A stretch of 64,000 nucleotides of DNA from an uncultured Alphaproteobacteria bacterium (lineage in GTDB: Bacteria; Pseudomonadota; Alphaproteobacteria; Rhizobiales; Xanthobacteraceae). The position numbers and the translations under genes were made by a program. Under the pieces are notes generated by a model. The model was not told the DNA's origin. It saw only the letters and a list, made by a program, of their open reading frames with translations, and did no database searches. This document shows, one piece after another, positions 46,715-57,607 of the stretch. The stretch spans positions 45,797 through 109,796 of the forward strand of contig CAWFMZ010000038.1 of assembly GCA_963817045.1 (NCBI GenBank), written 5' to 3'. Position 1 is the stretch's first letter, and every line of letters starts with the position of its first letter.

Positions 46715-47854
46715 ATGATGGATAATATCTGGCTGGCGTCGGCGGTGTGGACCGCCCTCGCGCTTGCCTCCGCGCTGATTTCAATCCGGGTGGCGCTGTC
46801 GGTCGCCTTGATCGAGATCGTGGTCGGCGCCTTCGGCGGCAACCTGATCGGCCTGCCGCTGACGCCCTGGGTGAACTATCTCGCCGGCTTCGGCGCCATC
46901 CTGCTGACCTTTCTCGCCGGCGCGGAAGTGGACATGGCGGTGGTGCGCCGCAATCTCGGGGCCAGCATCGGCATCGGCTTCGTCAGCTTCCTGTTGCCCT
47001 ATCTCGGCTGCATGCTGGCCGCCCGCTACCTGCTCGGCTGGCCGTGGCCGCAGGCGCAGATCGCCGGCATCTCGCTGTCCACCACCTCGGTGGCCGTGGT
47101 CTACGCGGTGATGGTGGAGACCGGCCTCAACAAGACCGAGCTCGGCAAGATCATCCTGGCCGCCTGTTTCATCACCGATCTCGGCACCGTGCTGGCGCTC
47201 GGCATCGTGTTCGCGTCCTTTACGGTTTGGCTCATCGCCTTTGCCGCGGCAACGATCGCTGTCGTTGCCTTGCTGCCGAAGCTTGCGCCCTGGTTCTTCG
47301 CTTTCGCCGGGCGGCGGGTGAGCGAACCGGAGATCAAGTTCCTGCTGCTCATCCTGTTCGCGCTGGGCGGCTTCGCCACCGCCGTCGGTAGCGAGGCGGT
47401 GCTGCCGGCCTATCTCATCGGCATGGCGCTGGCGCCCGCTTTCCAGCACGACCCCGAGCTGCCGCACCGCATGCGGGTGATCGCCTTCGCGGTGCTCACG
47501 CCGTTCTATTTCCTGAAAGCCGGTTCGCTGGTCGAAGCCAAGGCGCTGGTGGCCGGCGCCGGCTTGATCGCGCTGTTCCTCGGGATGAAGATTGCCACCA
47601 AGTTCGTCGGCATCTTGCCGCTGACGCGCTATTATCGCTTCGACAAACGCGAGGGCATGTACACCACCTTGCTGATGTCGACCGGACTGACGTTCGGCTC
47701 GATCTCGGCGCTCTACGGACTGACCAACCACATCATCGACCAGGAGCAGTACACCATCCTGCTCACGGCCGTGATCGCCAGTGCGGTGGTGCCCACGGTG
47801 ATCGGGCAGAAATGGTTCCTGCCGAAGGCCGGTCTCGCCAAACAGGAGGTGTGA
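46715..47854 (+). CDS. cation:proton antiporter (CPA2/Kef-type)
   Basis: 379 aa with about 11 TM segments and a typical Na_H_Exchanger-like sequence. Confidence 0.9.
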   Translation: MMDNIWLASAVWTALALASALISIRVALSVALIEIVVGAFGGNLIGLPLTPWVNYLAGFGAILLTFLAGAEVDMAVVRRNLGASIGIGFVSFLLPYLGCMLAARYLLGWPWPQAQIAGISLSTTSVAVVYAVMVETGLNKTELGKIILAACFITDLGTVLALGIVFASFTVWLIAFAAATIAVVALLPKLAPWFFAFAGRRVSEPEIKFLLLILFALGGFATAVGSEAVLPAYLIGMALAPAFQHDPELPHRMRVIAFAVLTPFYFLKAGSLVEAKALVAGAGLIALFLGMKIATKFVGILPLTRYYRFDKREGMYTTLLMSTGLTFGSISALYGLTNHIIDQEQYTILLTAVIASAVVPTVIGQKWFLPKAGLAKQEV

Positions 47855-47855
47855 C

Positions 47856-48275
47856 GTGTTCAAACACATCGTGGTCGCCAACGACGGCTCAGAGGGCGGC
47901 CTGAAAGCGCTGACATTGGCCTGCGACATTGCCAAACGGTACCACGCCAATCTGCACATGATTTCGGTCGAGGAAATCCCGAATTTTCCCGCCTCGATCG
48001 ACGAAGTGATCGAAACCAAGACCGAGGAAAATCACAAATTCCACGACGCTCTCGCCAAGGCGAAAGCGGTCGCGAAAAAGAAGGGCGTCAAGCTCGATGC
48101 CGAGGTGGTCGCCGGCCACGCCGTGGCGGCGGTGGTCGCCTTCGTCAAGGCCAAGCATGCCGATCTTCTTGTCGTCGGCTTCATGGGCCATTCGGCGCTC
48201 TACGAGCGGATCATCGGCGGCACCGCTGACCGCTTGGTGCGGCTCGCGCCTTGCCCGGTTCTGGTGGTGAAGTAG
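47856..48275 (+). CDS. universal stress protein (UspA family)
   Basis: 139 aa. MFKHIVVANDGSEG... ends GTADRLVRLAPCPVLVV. Confidence 0.9.
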   Translation: MFKHIVVANDGSEGGLKALTLACDIAKRYHANLHMISVEEIPNFPASIDEVIETKTEENHKFHDALAKAKAVAKKKGVKLDAEVVAGHAVAAVVAFVKAKHADLLVVGFMGHSALYERIIGGTADRLVRLAPCPVLVVK

Positions 48276-48285
48276 CGCGCGGTAC

Positions 48286-49269
48286 TTAAACCATCGGCCG
48301 CAGGCCGAGATTATCCAACAGCGCCATGTCGCGGTCGCGCTCGGGGTTGGGCGTGGTGAGCAGCTTCGGTCCGTAGAAGATCGAATTGGCGCCGGCGAGG
48401 AAACACAAAGCCTGCGTCTCCTCGCTCATGTCCTCGCGCCCGGCCGAGAGCCGCACCACCGAGGCCGGCATGCAGATGCGCGCCACGGCAATGGTGCGCA
48501 CGAAATCGAGCGGATCGAGCTTGGCGCTGGCTGCGAGCGGCGTGCCTTCCACCTGCACCAGCATGTTGATCGGCACGCTCTCCGGATGCACCGGCAGGCT
48601 GGCCAGCGTCGCGATCATGCCGACGCGGTCGTCCAGCCCCTCGCCCATGCCGACGATGCCGCCGCAGCAGACATGGATGCCGGCTGAGCGCACGTGATCG
48701 AGCGTGTCGAGGCGATCCTGGTAGGTGCGCGTGGTGATGATGGCGCCGTAATATTCCGGCGAGGTGTCGAGGTTGTGGTTGTAGTAGTCGAGGCCGGACG
48801 CTTTCAGCCGCGCCGCCTGCTCGCTGGTCAGCATGCCGAGCGTGGCGCAGGTCTCGAGCCCCAACGCCTTCACGCCCTCCACCATGGCGCAGACCTGGTC
48901 GAGTTCGCGGTCCTTAGGGCTGCGCCAGGCCGCGCCCATGCAGAAGCGCGAGGCGCCGCTGGCTTTCGCGGCGCGCGCTTCGCTGAGCACCGCGTCGAGG
49001 CTCATCAGCTTCTCGGCCTTGACGCCGGTGTCGTAGCGCGCGGCCTGCGGGCAATAGCCGCAATCTTCCGGGCAGCCGCCGGTCTTGATCGACAGCAAAG
49101 TCGAGATCTGCACTTCGGTGGGATCGAAGTTCTCCCGATGCACCAAACTGGCGCGGAACATCAATTCCGGGAACGGCAGTTCGAACAGCGCGCGTACCTC
49201 CGCGCGGGTCCAGTCGTGGCGGGGCCGGTTCGCAGCCGTGTGCGGCGCGGTCGCGTGGGCAAGTGACAT
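48286..49269 (-). CDS. bioB: biotin synthase
   Basis: 327 aa with radical-SAM motif [10 protein letters not shown] and typical BioB C-terminal region. Confidence 0.95.
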   Translation of the reverse strand: MSLAHATAPHTAANRPRHDWTRAEVRALFELPFPELMFRASLVHRENFDPTEVQISTLLSIKTGGCPEDCGYCPQAARYDTGVKAEKLMSLDAVLSEARAAKASGASRFCMGAAWRSPKDRELDQVCAMVEGVKALGLETCATLGMLTSEQAARLKASGLDYYNHNLDTSPEYYGAIITTRTYQDRLDTLDHVRSAGIHVCCGGIVGMGEGLDDRVGMIATLASLPVHPESVPINMLVQVEGTPLAASAKLDPLDFVRTIAVARICMPASVVRLSAGREDMSEETQALCFLAGANSIFYGPKLLTTPNPERDRDMALLDNLGLRPMV

Positions 49270-49427
49270 CCGTTACCTCAGTTGCGCCGGAATCTCCGGG
49301 CAGGCTCACGATCGCATTCTAACGAGGCGGCGGCGAAGTTTATAGCCGCCGAAAAGCCTGATTGCGCCGCGATTTCATCGGATTGAGAGCCCAAAGGCGG
49401 CATGCTAGCCTTTTGGACGGGGAACAT

Positions 49428-49679
49428 ATGGGTAGTGCCGTGGCAAGATATATCGTCGCACTGGTGTTGCTGGCCGCCTTCGCGGGGCCTGTTTTCGCCG
49501 AGGAAGCGATACCTGACGATCCGCAGGTGCTGGAGCGCATACAAAAGAAAAAGGAAGCCGAGGCGCTTGATAAGCAATACAAGTCCACGCTCAAGAGTAC
49601 CAACCAGGCGACCACGCCGGTGCGCTCCGATCCGTGGCAAAATATGCGCGGGGCCGACGATTCCAAAACCAAGCGCTAA
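49428..49679 (+). CDS. small secreted hypothetical protein
   Basis: ATG at 49428 within ORF 49362..49679. Signal peptide MGSAVARYIVALVLLAAFAGPVFA followed by a charged tail. Confidence 0.55.
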   Translation: MGSAVARYIVALVLLAAFAGPVFAEEAIPDDPQVLERIQKKKEAEALDKQYKSTLKSTNQATTPVRSDPWQNMRGADDSKTKR

Positions 49680-49691
49680 CGGCCGGCTCGC

Positions 49692-49871
49692 ATGAACCGA
49701 CAGGCGATCGGACGAATTGTCTCGGTGCTGGTCGGCGCCGCCGTGCTGTTCGGACTGCAGCAGGGCCTCGGCCTGCAGCTCTACATCGCCATCCCGCTGG
49801 CCGTGGTCGTTTACCTCGCCGTCAAGGTTGCGTTCGGCCTGCTGTGGGGCGCCGACGACAAGGCGACGTGA
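49692..49871 (+). CDS. candidate 59-aa two-TM membrane peptide (below ORF-track cutoff)
   Basis: MNRQAIGRIVSVLVGAAVLFGLQQGLGLQLYIAIPLAVVVYLAVKVAFGLLWGADDKAT. Strong GC3 bias. Starts 13 nt after the previous stop. Confidence 0.45.
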   Translation: MNRQAIGRIVSVLVGAAVLFGLQQGLGLQLYIAIPLAVVVYLAVKVAFGLLWGADDKAT

Positions 49872-50001
49872 ATCCCGTTTAAGCGACGGCGATCATCGCC
49901 GCCACGTTGACTTGTATCAATGTGTCGATGCGGCTCTTAATGTCGTTATTCTTTTTTGAGTTCGGGTGCGTTCCGGGGAATTCCGGTCGAGGGAGAAACA
50001 T

Positions 50002-50973
50002 ATGTCCATTTTGGCCCGGGCGGTCACGCTATGCGCCCTGATGCTGCTGTCGCTAATCCCTGCCAGCGCGCAGAATTGGCCTAACAGACCGATCAAGATC
50101 ATCGTCTCGCAGGCTGCCGGCGGCACGCCCGACCTGATCTGCCGGATCATCAGCGACAAGTTGTCGATCTTGTTGGGACAACGGGTCTTCGTCGAGAACC
50201 GTCCCGGCGGAGCGAATGTGGTCGGCGCAACGGTGGCCGCTCACGCACCGGCTGACGGCTACACTCTGTTCTTCGCGACCGCTGCCGCGCTGGTGAGCAA
50301 TCCCCATACGTTCAAAACCTTGCCCTACAATCCGGTCAATGATTTCGTCGCGGTTTCCATGGTGGCAAAGAATCCTTTCTTGATTCTCGCCAACGCCAAC
50401 TTGCCGGCCAACAATCTTTCCGAGCTGGTCGCGTACGATAAGGCAAACCCGGGAAAGCTGACCTTCGCGACCGACGGGCCGAGAAATTTCTCCGGCATCC
50501 TGGCCACCTGGCTCAATAAAGTCAGCGGCGCGAACATTCTGCAGGTGCCGTACGCGACCATGCCGCAAGGCGTGCAAGACACGCTGGCGGGGCGCACCCA
50601 ACTCACGATCCTGTCGCCTCCGTCGGCGGCGCCGCACATCGCCAGCGGCGCGCTCAAACCGCTGGCCATCAGCTGGACCAAGCGCTTGCCGCAATACGCG
50701 CAGGTGCCCTCGATTTCCGAAGCCTATCCCGGGATCGAACTCACCGGTTGGTTCGTGATCGCCGCGCCGGCTGGCACGCCGGCGGACGTCATTACGCGGT
50801 TGAATCAAGAGATGGACAAGGTTCTCAAGTCTCAGGACATGGTGCAAAGGCTTGCCGACGTCGGTTTCTTTACCGAGGGCGCCGAGACACCCGAGGCAAC
50901 GCGCACCTTCGTAAAAGCCCAGTACGATCTCTGGAGCAAAGTCGTTCAGGAGATCGGTCTGCAGCCGGAGTGA
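50002..50973 (+). CDS. Bug family (TctC-like) substrate-binding protein
   Basis: ATG at 50002 within ORF 49966..50973. Signal peptide. QNWPNRPIKIIVSQAAGGTPD. Confidence 0.9.
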   Translation: MSILARAVTLCALMLLSLIPASAQNWPNRPIKIIVSQAAGGTPDLICRIISDKLSILLGQRVFVENRPGGANVVGATVAAHAPADGYTLFFATAAALVSNPHTFKTLPYNPVNDFVAVSMVAKNPFLILANANLPANNLSELVAYDKANPGKLTFATDGPRNFSGILATWLNKVSGANILQVPYATMPQGVQDTLAGRTQLTILSPPSAAPHIASGALKPLAISWTKRLPQYAQVPSISEAYPGIELTGWFVIAAPAGTPADVITRLNQEMDKVLKSQDMVQRLADVGFFTEGAETPEATRTFVKAQYDLWSKVVQEIGLQPE

Positions 50974-50990
50974 AGATAGCGTGCGATGCG

Positions 50991-52227
50991 TTACCGCCGC
51001 AGGCGAGCAAATGACGCATGTCCCGCAAAGGCGCTTTCAAAATGAGCAAGCGTGCCCTTCGATGATTTTTGTGGGATTCCCGATCGAGCCGATTCCCACG
51101 GCGCACCGGGCAAGCGCTGCGTCGCGAGAAACCAGTCCGCCGGGCTCTCTCCGACGACGTCGCGAAAATTGCAATGCCTTGCCGGCTCGCTGAGCAGCCC
51201 GAGCCATAAAATCATGAAATCCAGCGCAGAACGCGCCGGTGTCCGCGTTTCCGCGACGTAACGGATGACATTGCGCGAAATTTTTTCGCGTAATTCCGGC
51301 AATAAAAGCAGCATTTGCAACAATGAAACGCATTCCTCGGTGGACTGCGCAACAAATCCGGTCTCGCCATCGCGGACGGTCGCCATTTCCGCGGGATTGT
51401 TCAGCACGACGGGCGTCAGTCCCAGAGACATCGCTTCAATGAGCGCGTTCTCCGCCGTGCCGTAGTGATCACGCTGCAAAGGATAGAAAAAGATGTCGGC
51501 CTCCGAAAGCGCGACAGCGGGCTCTGCTGTTTCGCCACAAAATTTGACGCGCTCTGGATGACGCATGGCGCCAGCGCGGGCAGCCACCGGGCCTGACGGA
51601 TCGACGGAACCCCAAACCGAAACTTCGAAATCGTTGCCGACCAGCCGATCGATGGCGTCGAAAAATCCCGGATGCATTTTGACGAAATCAACAGTCCCGA
51701 GATACGCGATGACAGGTTTTCTGTTTCGCGAGCGCGCGTGTCGCAAGCCATCGGGAAAACCGAAGCCGCTATTGATAACGGAGATTTTCTTTCGTGCCGT
51801 CTCCGGCAGAAGGGCTATCGAGCGGAATCGAGCGCGAAGCTTCAGTCGTGAAGACGAAGCGCCCGGCCTCTTCCATCAGACCGGGTTGAATCAGCGGTTT
51901 GGAGAGGCCTGAAATGTGCGACCAGAACACGCTGCGCATCGCGGGAAAAGCGGACTGGGCAACGCACTCAAACAGACGGGGATGGTTCCAGAACTCGAAC
52001 TGGACAATGTCGGCCGCACTCGCCAATCGCGCTACCTGATCGAGCCCATCGGCGACGATAACGCGCGCTCCGCCGGCTTCGATTATATCCGCGTAGCGGC
52101 GGTCGCGGGGCTCCTCAAGAAGCAGAAAGGTCTGCTGCACCGCCTCTTTGGGCAAGGCGCCGCTGAGGGCCGCATGAGCTTTGCCGACACCTCCGCCCAG
52201 GTGCGGCGTAACATGCAGGATCTTCAT
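50991..52227 (-). pseudogene. glycosyltransferase (GT4-like), apparent frameshift near 51800
   Basis: N-terminal 152 aa (MKILHVTPHLGGGVGKAH..., ORF 51769..52227) and C-terminal 251 aa (ORF 50991..51746, extendable upstream as KKISVINSGFGFPDG) are in different frames. Confidence 0.75.
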
Positions 52228-53301
52228 TCCGCCGCCACGTTGGTGAACTCGCGCGCGCCGCCCGGCGCCTCGATGGCCGGATTGACGGGGACGAGCTTCT
52301 TGAACTTGTCCAGCAGCACCAGGCGGTGAGCGTCGATATTGTCAGGCAGGCAGTGGCTGAGCTGTCCGCAATTGCCGCAGACGCCGTTCTGCTTCCGGCG
52401 GCCCTCGAGATGCTGCAAACGCAGCGCATTCATGCGGTCGGAATTCCAGATCTCCTTCATCGACTGCTGCCGCACGTCGCCGATCACGAGCTTGCGGCCC
52501 CAGTCCAGGAAGCAAGAGCTGACGAGACCATCGGCGTTCACCGAATAGCCGTAGAAAATGTAAGGACATGTGTCGGTTTCGCCGATGTCCTGCTGGTATA
52601 TGCCTTTGCTGATTTTGACGCCGGTATGTTTCTCGATATCGAATTCCGGCCAGCAGGGCGCAAAGTTCTCAACGAAAATGCGGTCGCAATGGTCGCCGAA
52701 CGTGTCGAAGAACTCCTGGCGCTGCGCCTCGGTGATGAGTTCGCCGGGAATCTTGACGACGATTTCGCAGCTGCCTTTGTTGTCGTACAGCCATTTGACG
52801 TTTTCGACGAATTTCTTGAAGTCGAACTTGAATCCGGTGAATTTCGCGTAGGTCTCCTCGGTCATGCCGTCGACCGAGATGTTGATCTTGTCGATCCCGG
52901 CTTCGATCACGGGGCCGACGCGGTCGGGAGAAATGAATGTGCCGTTCGTGGTCGTGTCGATGTAGTCGACATGCTTCGACCGTCTTCGCATAGGCGACCA
53001 TGTCGGCCAGCCGCTTGTTGAGGAACGGCTCGCCGTCCTTGTACATGCGCAGGACTTTGATCGGCTTGTCGAATTCGCCGAGGTCGTCGACGATCTTCTG
53101 AAAGACGTCGAGCTTCATCACGCCCTGAAAGCGCCCGGTCTCGGCGATCATGTCGCGATGGCCGGTCGGGCAGAACGTGCATTTGAAATTGCACGAGCTC
53201 GCCGGATCGACGAAGACGATGAAGGGCGTGGCAAGCGGGATGACCGTCTCCAGCGCCGTGCGTCCCTCGAGATTGATTCGCGGTTCTAGCCGAGCTTTCA
53301 T
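52224..53301 (-). pseudogene. radical SAM/SPASM-like domain protein, apparent frameshift near 52990
   Basis: CNFKCTFCP (CxxxCxxC) in ORF 52669..53301. Continues after ...ADMVAYAK as RSKHVDYIDTTTNG... in ORF 52224..52991, with Cys-rich C-terminus (CPYIF, SSCFLDW, CGNCGQLSHC). Confidence 0.8.
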
Positions 53302-53411
53302 GCGCGTTTTCCTGCAACGAGCGGCGTCGGCTCAATGTCCTATAAGACAATGGTTAACAGGGATTAACCAAGCTTCCGGGGGCGTATCGGGGGCAGGCGA
53401 AAAGCGCCGGT

Positions 53412-54260
53412 CTAGCCGGCGGCGCGCACGCCGACGACGCAGGGCGGATCGACTAAATTGTCCGGACGGGCGCCGAAACAGAGCAAATCGCGGCGCCCGT
53501 ATTCGTCGGCGATTCGCTCGGCAAGCTGTCGTATCGTCATGGGCACGCCGGAGCAGATGTTGACCGGACCTTGCACTGCGCCGAGCGCGGCTTCCACGAT
53601 CATCCGGCCGGCGTCGCGCACATCCAGGTAGTCGCGAATCTGTTTGCCGCTGGTCAGCTCGGCCGGTTCTCCGGCCATGAGTTTGCCGCGCAGATAGGGC
53701 ACCAGCCGCCGCTCGTTCTCGCCCTCCCCGTAGAGATAAAACAGCCGGCACCAGGCAAACTCGAACGCCGTTGCTGCGGCAGCGATCGCGACAGCTGCCG
53801 TGAAGGCGGCGACCTTTGCCTCGGCATAGGGCGTCGATGGCCGCAGCGCCGTATGGATGCTCAAATGGCCGGCGCTCAGGTCATATTCGAAACAGGTGCC
53901 GATACCGACAAAGCGGCGAACCTTGGCCTCGGCCGCCCCTTGCGCAAGCCGCAAGGTTCCCGCCAGACAATCCGAATTCTTCGGCGATTGAAGATACTCG
54001 CCCGGCTCGGCATACCATGCGACGTGGATCACGCTATCGACGCCGCGACAGACATCGGCCCACCATGCGGCGCTTTCGGACCACAAATCCGGCGTCGCGA
54101 CGATCTTTTCGATCGCGGTCGACGGTGCAATCCGATCCTGCGTTCCTGCTCTGACGACGGCACGTACTCGGTAATTTCGCTTGGCAAGCTCTCGCAGCAC
54201 CTGCCGACCGACAAAGCCGGTCGCTCCGGTCAGCAATATCAACGCGGGAGCAGCGGCCAT
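53412..54260 (-). CDS. NAD-dependent epimerase/dehydratase family protein
   Basis: ATG at 54260 within ORF 53412..54302. GATGFVG Rossmann motif, YAEAK catalytic motif. Confidence 0.85.
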   Translation of the reverse strand: MAAAPALILLTGATGFVGRQVLRELAKRNYRVRAVVRAGTQDRIAPSTAIEKIVATPDLWSESAAWWADVCRGVDSVIHVAWYAEPGEYLQSPKNSDCLAGTLRLAQGAAEAKVRRFVGIGTCFEYDLSAGHLSIHTALRPSTPYAEAKVAAFTAAVAIAAAATAFEFAWCRLFYLYGEGENERRLVPYLRGKLMAGEPAELTSGKQIRDYLDVRDAGRMIVEAALGAVQGPVNICSGVPMTIRQLAERIADEYGRRDLLCFGARPDNLVDPPCVVGVRAAG

Positions 54261-54769
54261 TTGGCGTCCTTGTCCGATACGTTCGGAACGGCACGCGGCC
54301 ACTTGATGGCCAGCCGCGGATCGTCAAATCGCAAGCCGCCTTCGGAGTCCGGAGCGTAAAACGAGCTCACCATGTAGAACGCCGTGGCGCCGTCGCTCAG
54401 CGCCTGGTAGCCGTGTGCAAATCCTTTCGGCACGTACATCATCAGTCCGTTTTCTTCCGACAGCTCGGCGCCGAACCAGCGAAGATAGGTTTTTGAGCCT
54501 TCGCGCATATCGACGATGACGTCGTAGATCGTCCCTCTGGTGCAGCGCACGAGCTTGACTTCGGCATGCGGCGCGCGCTGAAAGTGCATTCCGCGCACCG
54601 TGCCGGCACGCGCATTGGTGCTGATATTTGCTTGCACAAACGAAGTTTCGAAACCATGCGCGGCAAATTCCTGCGCACAAAAAGCGCGGGCGAACGTGCC
54701 GCGCTGGTCCACGCGCGGATCGAGGTGGATCAGATATCCGCCGGTTAATGGTATCGTTTCAAATCGCAT
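54239..54769 (-). CDS. dTDP-4-dehydrorhamnose 3,5-epimerase family (RmlC-like cupin) protein
   Basis: 176 aa. DQRGTFARAF, RGMHFQ and GFAHGY motifs. Confidence 0.85.
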   Translation of the reverse strand: MRFETIPLTGGYLIHLDPRVDQRGTFARAFCAQEFAAHGFETSFVQANISTNARAGTVRGMHFQRAPHAEVKLVRCTRGTIYDVIVDMREGSKTYLRWFGAELSEENGLMMYVPKGFAHGYQALSDGATAFYMVSSFYAPDSEGGLRFDDPRLAIKWPRAVPNVSDKDAKWPLLPR

Positions 54770-54799
54770 GGTGTTGCCGGTGCAAGACGCTGCGCCGCG

Positions 54800-55925
54800 T
54801 TAACTGCACATTTTCACGTCGGCAGCCGTCGCGGCAGGCCGGCTCAACGATCGTTTCTCAAAGTCGGAAATATCGGCATCACAGAGCTGCCGTGCATTCG
54901 CACCCGCTTTATGGGCGCGATACCAGGCCATCGTCGCGTTGACCGCTTGCGCCAGCGTCAACGTGGGTGTCACGCCGAGTACCGTTCGCGCTTTAGCAAC
55001 TTCCAGAGTGAGCCATGCGGATTCGTGCGGGCCTTCTGTGCCGTCGCCGTAATGCGCTTCGTCCCTCTCCATATGCGCGACGGGCCATTTCAACGAGTTC
55101 GCCGACGGAAACGGTCTCGCTAGGGCCCGGCCCGAAATTATACGCGTCGGCAGGCGCGGATCGCTCCCACAGTTTGCGCGCCAAAGTCAGATAGGCGGCG
55201 AGCGGCTCCAGCACGTGCTGCCAAGGCCGAACGGCCAACGGGGTCGGACCTGCAAGAATCCGCCCCGCCTGCCAGGCGCGAACAGCATCGGGAATCACGC
55301 GGTCGTCCGACCAGTCGCCGCCGCCGATCACGTTTCCGGACCGGGCGCTCGCCACCGCCACGCCCTGCGCGGACAAGAAACTGGCCCGATAGCTGGCGAT
55401 GACGATTTCGCAGGCGGCCTTGCTGGCGCTGTAAGGGTCCTGTCCGCCGAGCGCATCGTCTTCACGATATGGCCGAGCGATTCGTGATCGCGGTAGACCT
55501 TGTCGGTCGTCACCATCACGGCGACCCGCACGCTGTCGAGCCCACGCAGCGCATCCAGCACATGGGCGGTGCCCATCGCATTGGTCGCGAACGTCGCAAG
55601 CGGTTCTCGATAGCCCGCGCGTACCAGTGGCTGAGCCGCCAAATGGAAAACGATCTCCGGCCGCGCCGCTTGGACGAGATCGGCGAGCGCCGCCAGCATC
55701 GCGAATATCGCAAAAACGGCTCTGGCAAAGAGCGCCGATATCGGCCTCGGAATAAAGGTTGGGCGCTGTCGCCGGCGGCAGGCTGATGCCCGTCACCTCG
55801 GCTCCCAGCCGATGAAGCCAGAGCGTCAGCCAGGAGCCCTTGAAGCCGGTATGACCCGTGAGCAGGACGCGCTTGTCGCGCCAGAACGAAGCACTTGTTG
55901 CGTTCGTCAATGCCAGATTTTCCAT
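54800..55925 (-). pseudogene. rfbG: CDP-glucose 4,6-dehydratase, at least three frame disruptions
   Basis: FWRDKRVLLTGHTGFKGSW (ORF 54993..55946), PEIVFHLAAQPLVR...TTDKVY (ORF 55328..55699), DPYSASKAACE (back in the first frame) and the C-terminus in ORF 54800..55093. Shifts are near 55700, 55460 and 55090. Confidence 0.8.
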
Positions 55926-56682
55926 GGCGCCTTGCCGGATGCCCAAAGCTCTTCCAACATCGTCTTGTCGCGCAAGGTATCCATCGGCTGCCAGAACCCG
56001 CGATGTTCGAACGCCATCATCTGGCCCATGGCTGCGAGACGGATGATGGGCGAGCCTTCCCAGCTGCTGTCATCGCCGTCGATGAGATCGAGACAACTCG
56101 GCGACAGCACAAAAAAGCCGCCATTGATCATGCCGCCGTCACCGCGCGGCTTCTCGATGAACCCGGTCACCTCGTCCCCTGAGCGTTCCAACGCGCCATA
56201 GCGGCCGGGCGGGCTGCACCGCCGTGACCGTGGCAGCTTGCCGTGACGACGATGGAATTCGATCGGATGATCGAATGTTCACATTGCTGACGCCGTCGCC
56301 ATAGGTAAAGCAAAACGCCTCTTCATCTTTGACGTAGTCCGCGACGCGCTTGAGACGCCCGCCGGTCAGCGTGTTTTCGCCGGTATCGACCAGCGTGACG
56401 CGCCACGGCTCGGCCTTTCTCTGATGCACGACCATGCTATTGTCCGCCATGTCGAAGGTGACGTCGGACATGTGCAGGAAGTAGTTGGCGAAATATTCCT
56501 TGATGACATAGCCCTTGTAGCCGCAGCAGATCACGAAATCATTGACGCCGTGCGCGGAATAGATCTTCATGATGTGCCAGAGAATCGGCTTGCCGCCGAT
56601 TTCGATCATCGGCTTGGGCTTCAGGTAGCTCTCCTCGGAAATGCGAGTGCCGAGGCCACCGCGCGAGGATGACGACTTTCAT
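55907..56682 (-). pseudogene. rfbF: glucose-1-phosphate cytidylyltransferase, about four frame disruptions
   Basis: MKVVILA at 56682, then [40 protein letters not shown] (ORF 56139..56609), [14 protein letters not shown] in another frame, ATVTAVQP, then [35 protein letters not shown] (ORF 55907..56191). Confidence 0.85.
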
Positions 56683-56736
56683 GGAATTTCTTGATGCGTT
56701 GACATCCAGCCCCCAGGTAAACAGAACCACGCACTT

Positions 56737-57513
56737 TCAGACTGCACGTCTTTCGGCCACGACGTTGGCAACACGCGGTATCGGCTCGTTTGTTGAGGAT
56801 CGAATTCCAGAATTCAAAATAGTTTCTGCGTGGCCTTTGGAAAACAGAGCGATCAGGCTGCAAATTTCCGTCAGCATGTCCTGAAATGACAGTTGCCCCG
56901 TCGATATCAGCAATTTCGCGCACAGCTTGTCGGCTTCGCCCGTGAAACGGGACTCAAAAGTGAGCCGCGCATGACCTTTGAAGCGCATAAACATTCCTGA
57001 AAACCAGTGGTCCGCGATGACTTGGCGCTGGGCGAGCGTAGTCGAAATTGTCCGTTGGAAAAGAGCGAAATAAAACACTGAAACGAAAACGAATCGCCTT
57101 CGCCAGCCGGAAAGTTTCGGAAAATTCGTAGAATGTCGCACGTCGGCGATGACAATATTGCAATTATCGCGCCGGCAGTGAGCGAGAAATTCGCGCTTTT
57201 GCGCGACGCCCGAACTGCGTGGACGAGGGTTTCGATATCCGGAGAGGCCCAGGAACAGGCCTGGGCGATTTTAGAACATGCCAGCATGCCCGTCCGGTTG
57301 CGTCGCTAGTAAAATTGATAGTTGCATGAATTCGCGCCGGTCGTCGGCGCAATCGATGACGCGCCGACTGCTGGACACCGGGTTTGTGCCGCACTCAGCG
57401 GCGCGTTCAACGTTTGTAAATGTTCGCTCGATAAACACTATAATCTGGCGCTGGCGATTTGTTCTGTCCCTCAGGGTAAACTGGTAGTGCCGGCAAGAGG
57501 TGCTACTATGCAA
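56737..57513 (-). pseudogene. degraded ORF of unknown function (one ~259-codon frame with an in-frame TAA)
   Basis: ORFs 57271..57513 and 56737..57141 are in the same frame. That frame is open throughout except for the TAA that ends the first ORF. Low GC3. Only weak methyltransferase-like hints (VIDCADD, NIVIADV). Confidence 0.25.
57386..57415 (+). repeat. hairpin direct repeat, copy 1 (GTGCCGCACTCAGCGGCGCGTTCAACGTTT)
   Basis: 29 of 31 aligned columns are identical to 58236..58266. GC stem with an ACTCA loop. Confidence 0.8.
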
Positions 57514-57607
57514 AGAATGATAGCGGCGGCCCCCCTTTCATTTCGGCAGAAGTCATTCGGCGCACCGAAGCCGCGCATTCAAAAGGCCACCGGATATCGA
57601 TCAGGCT

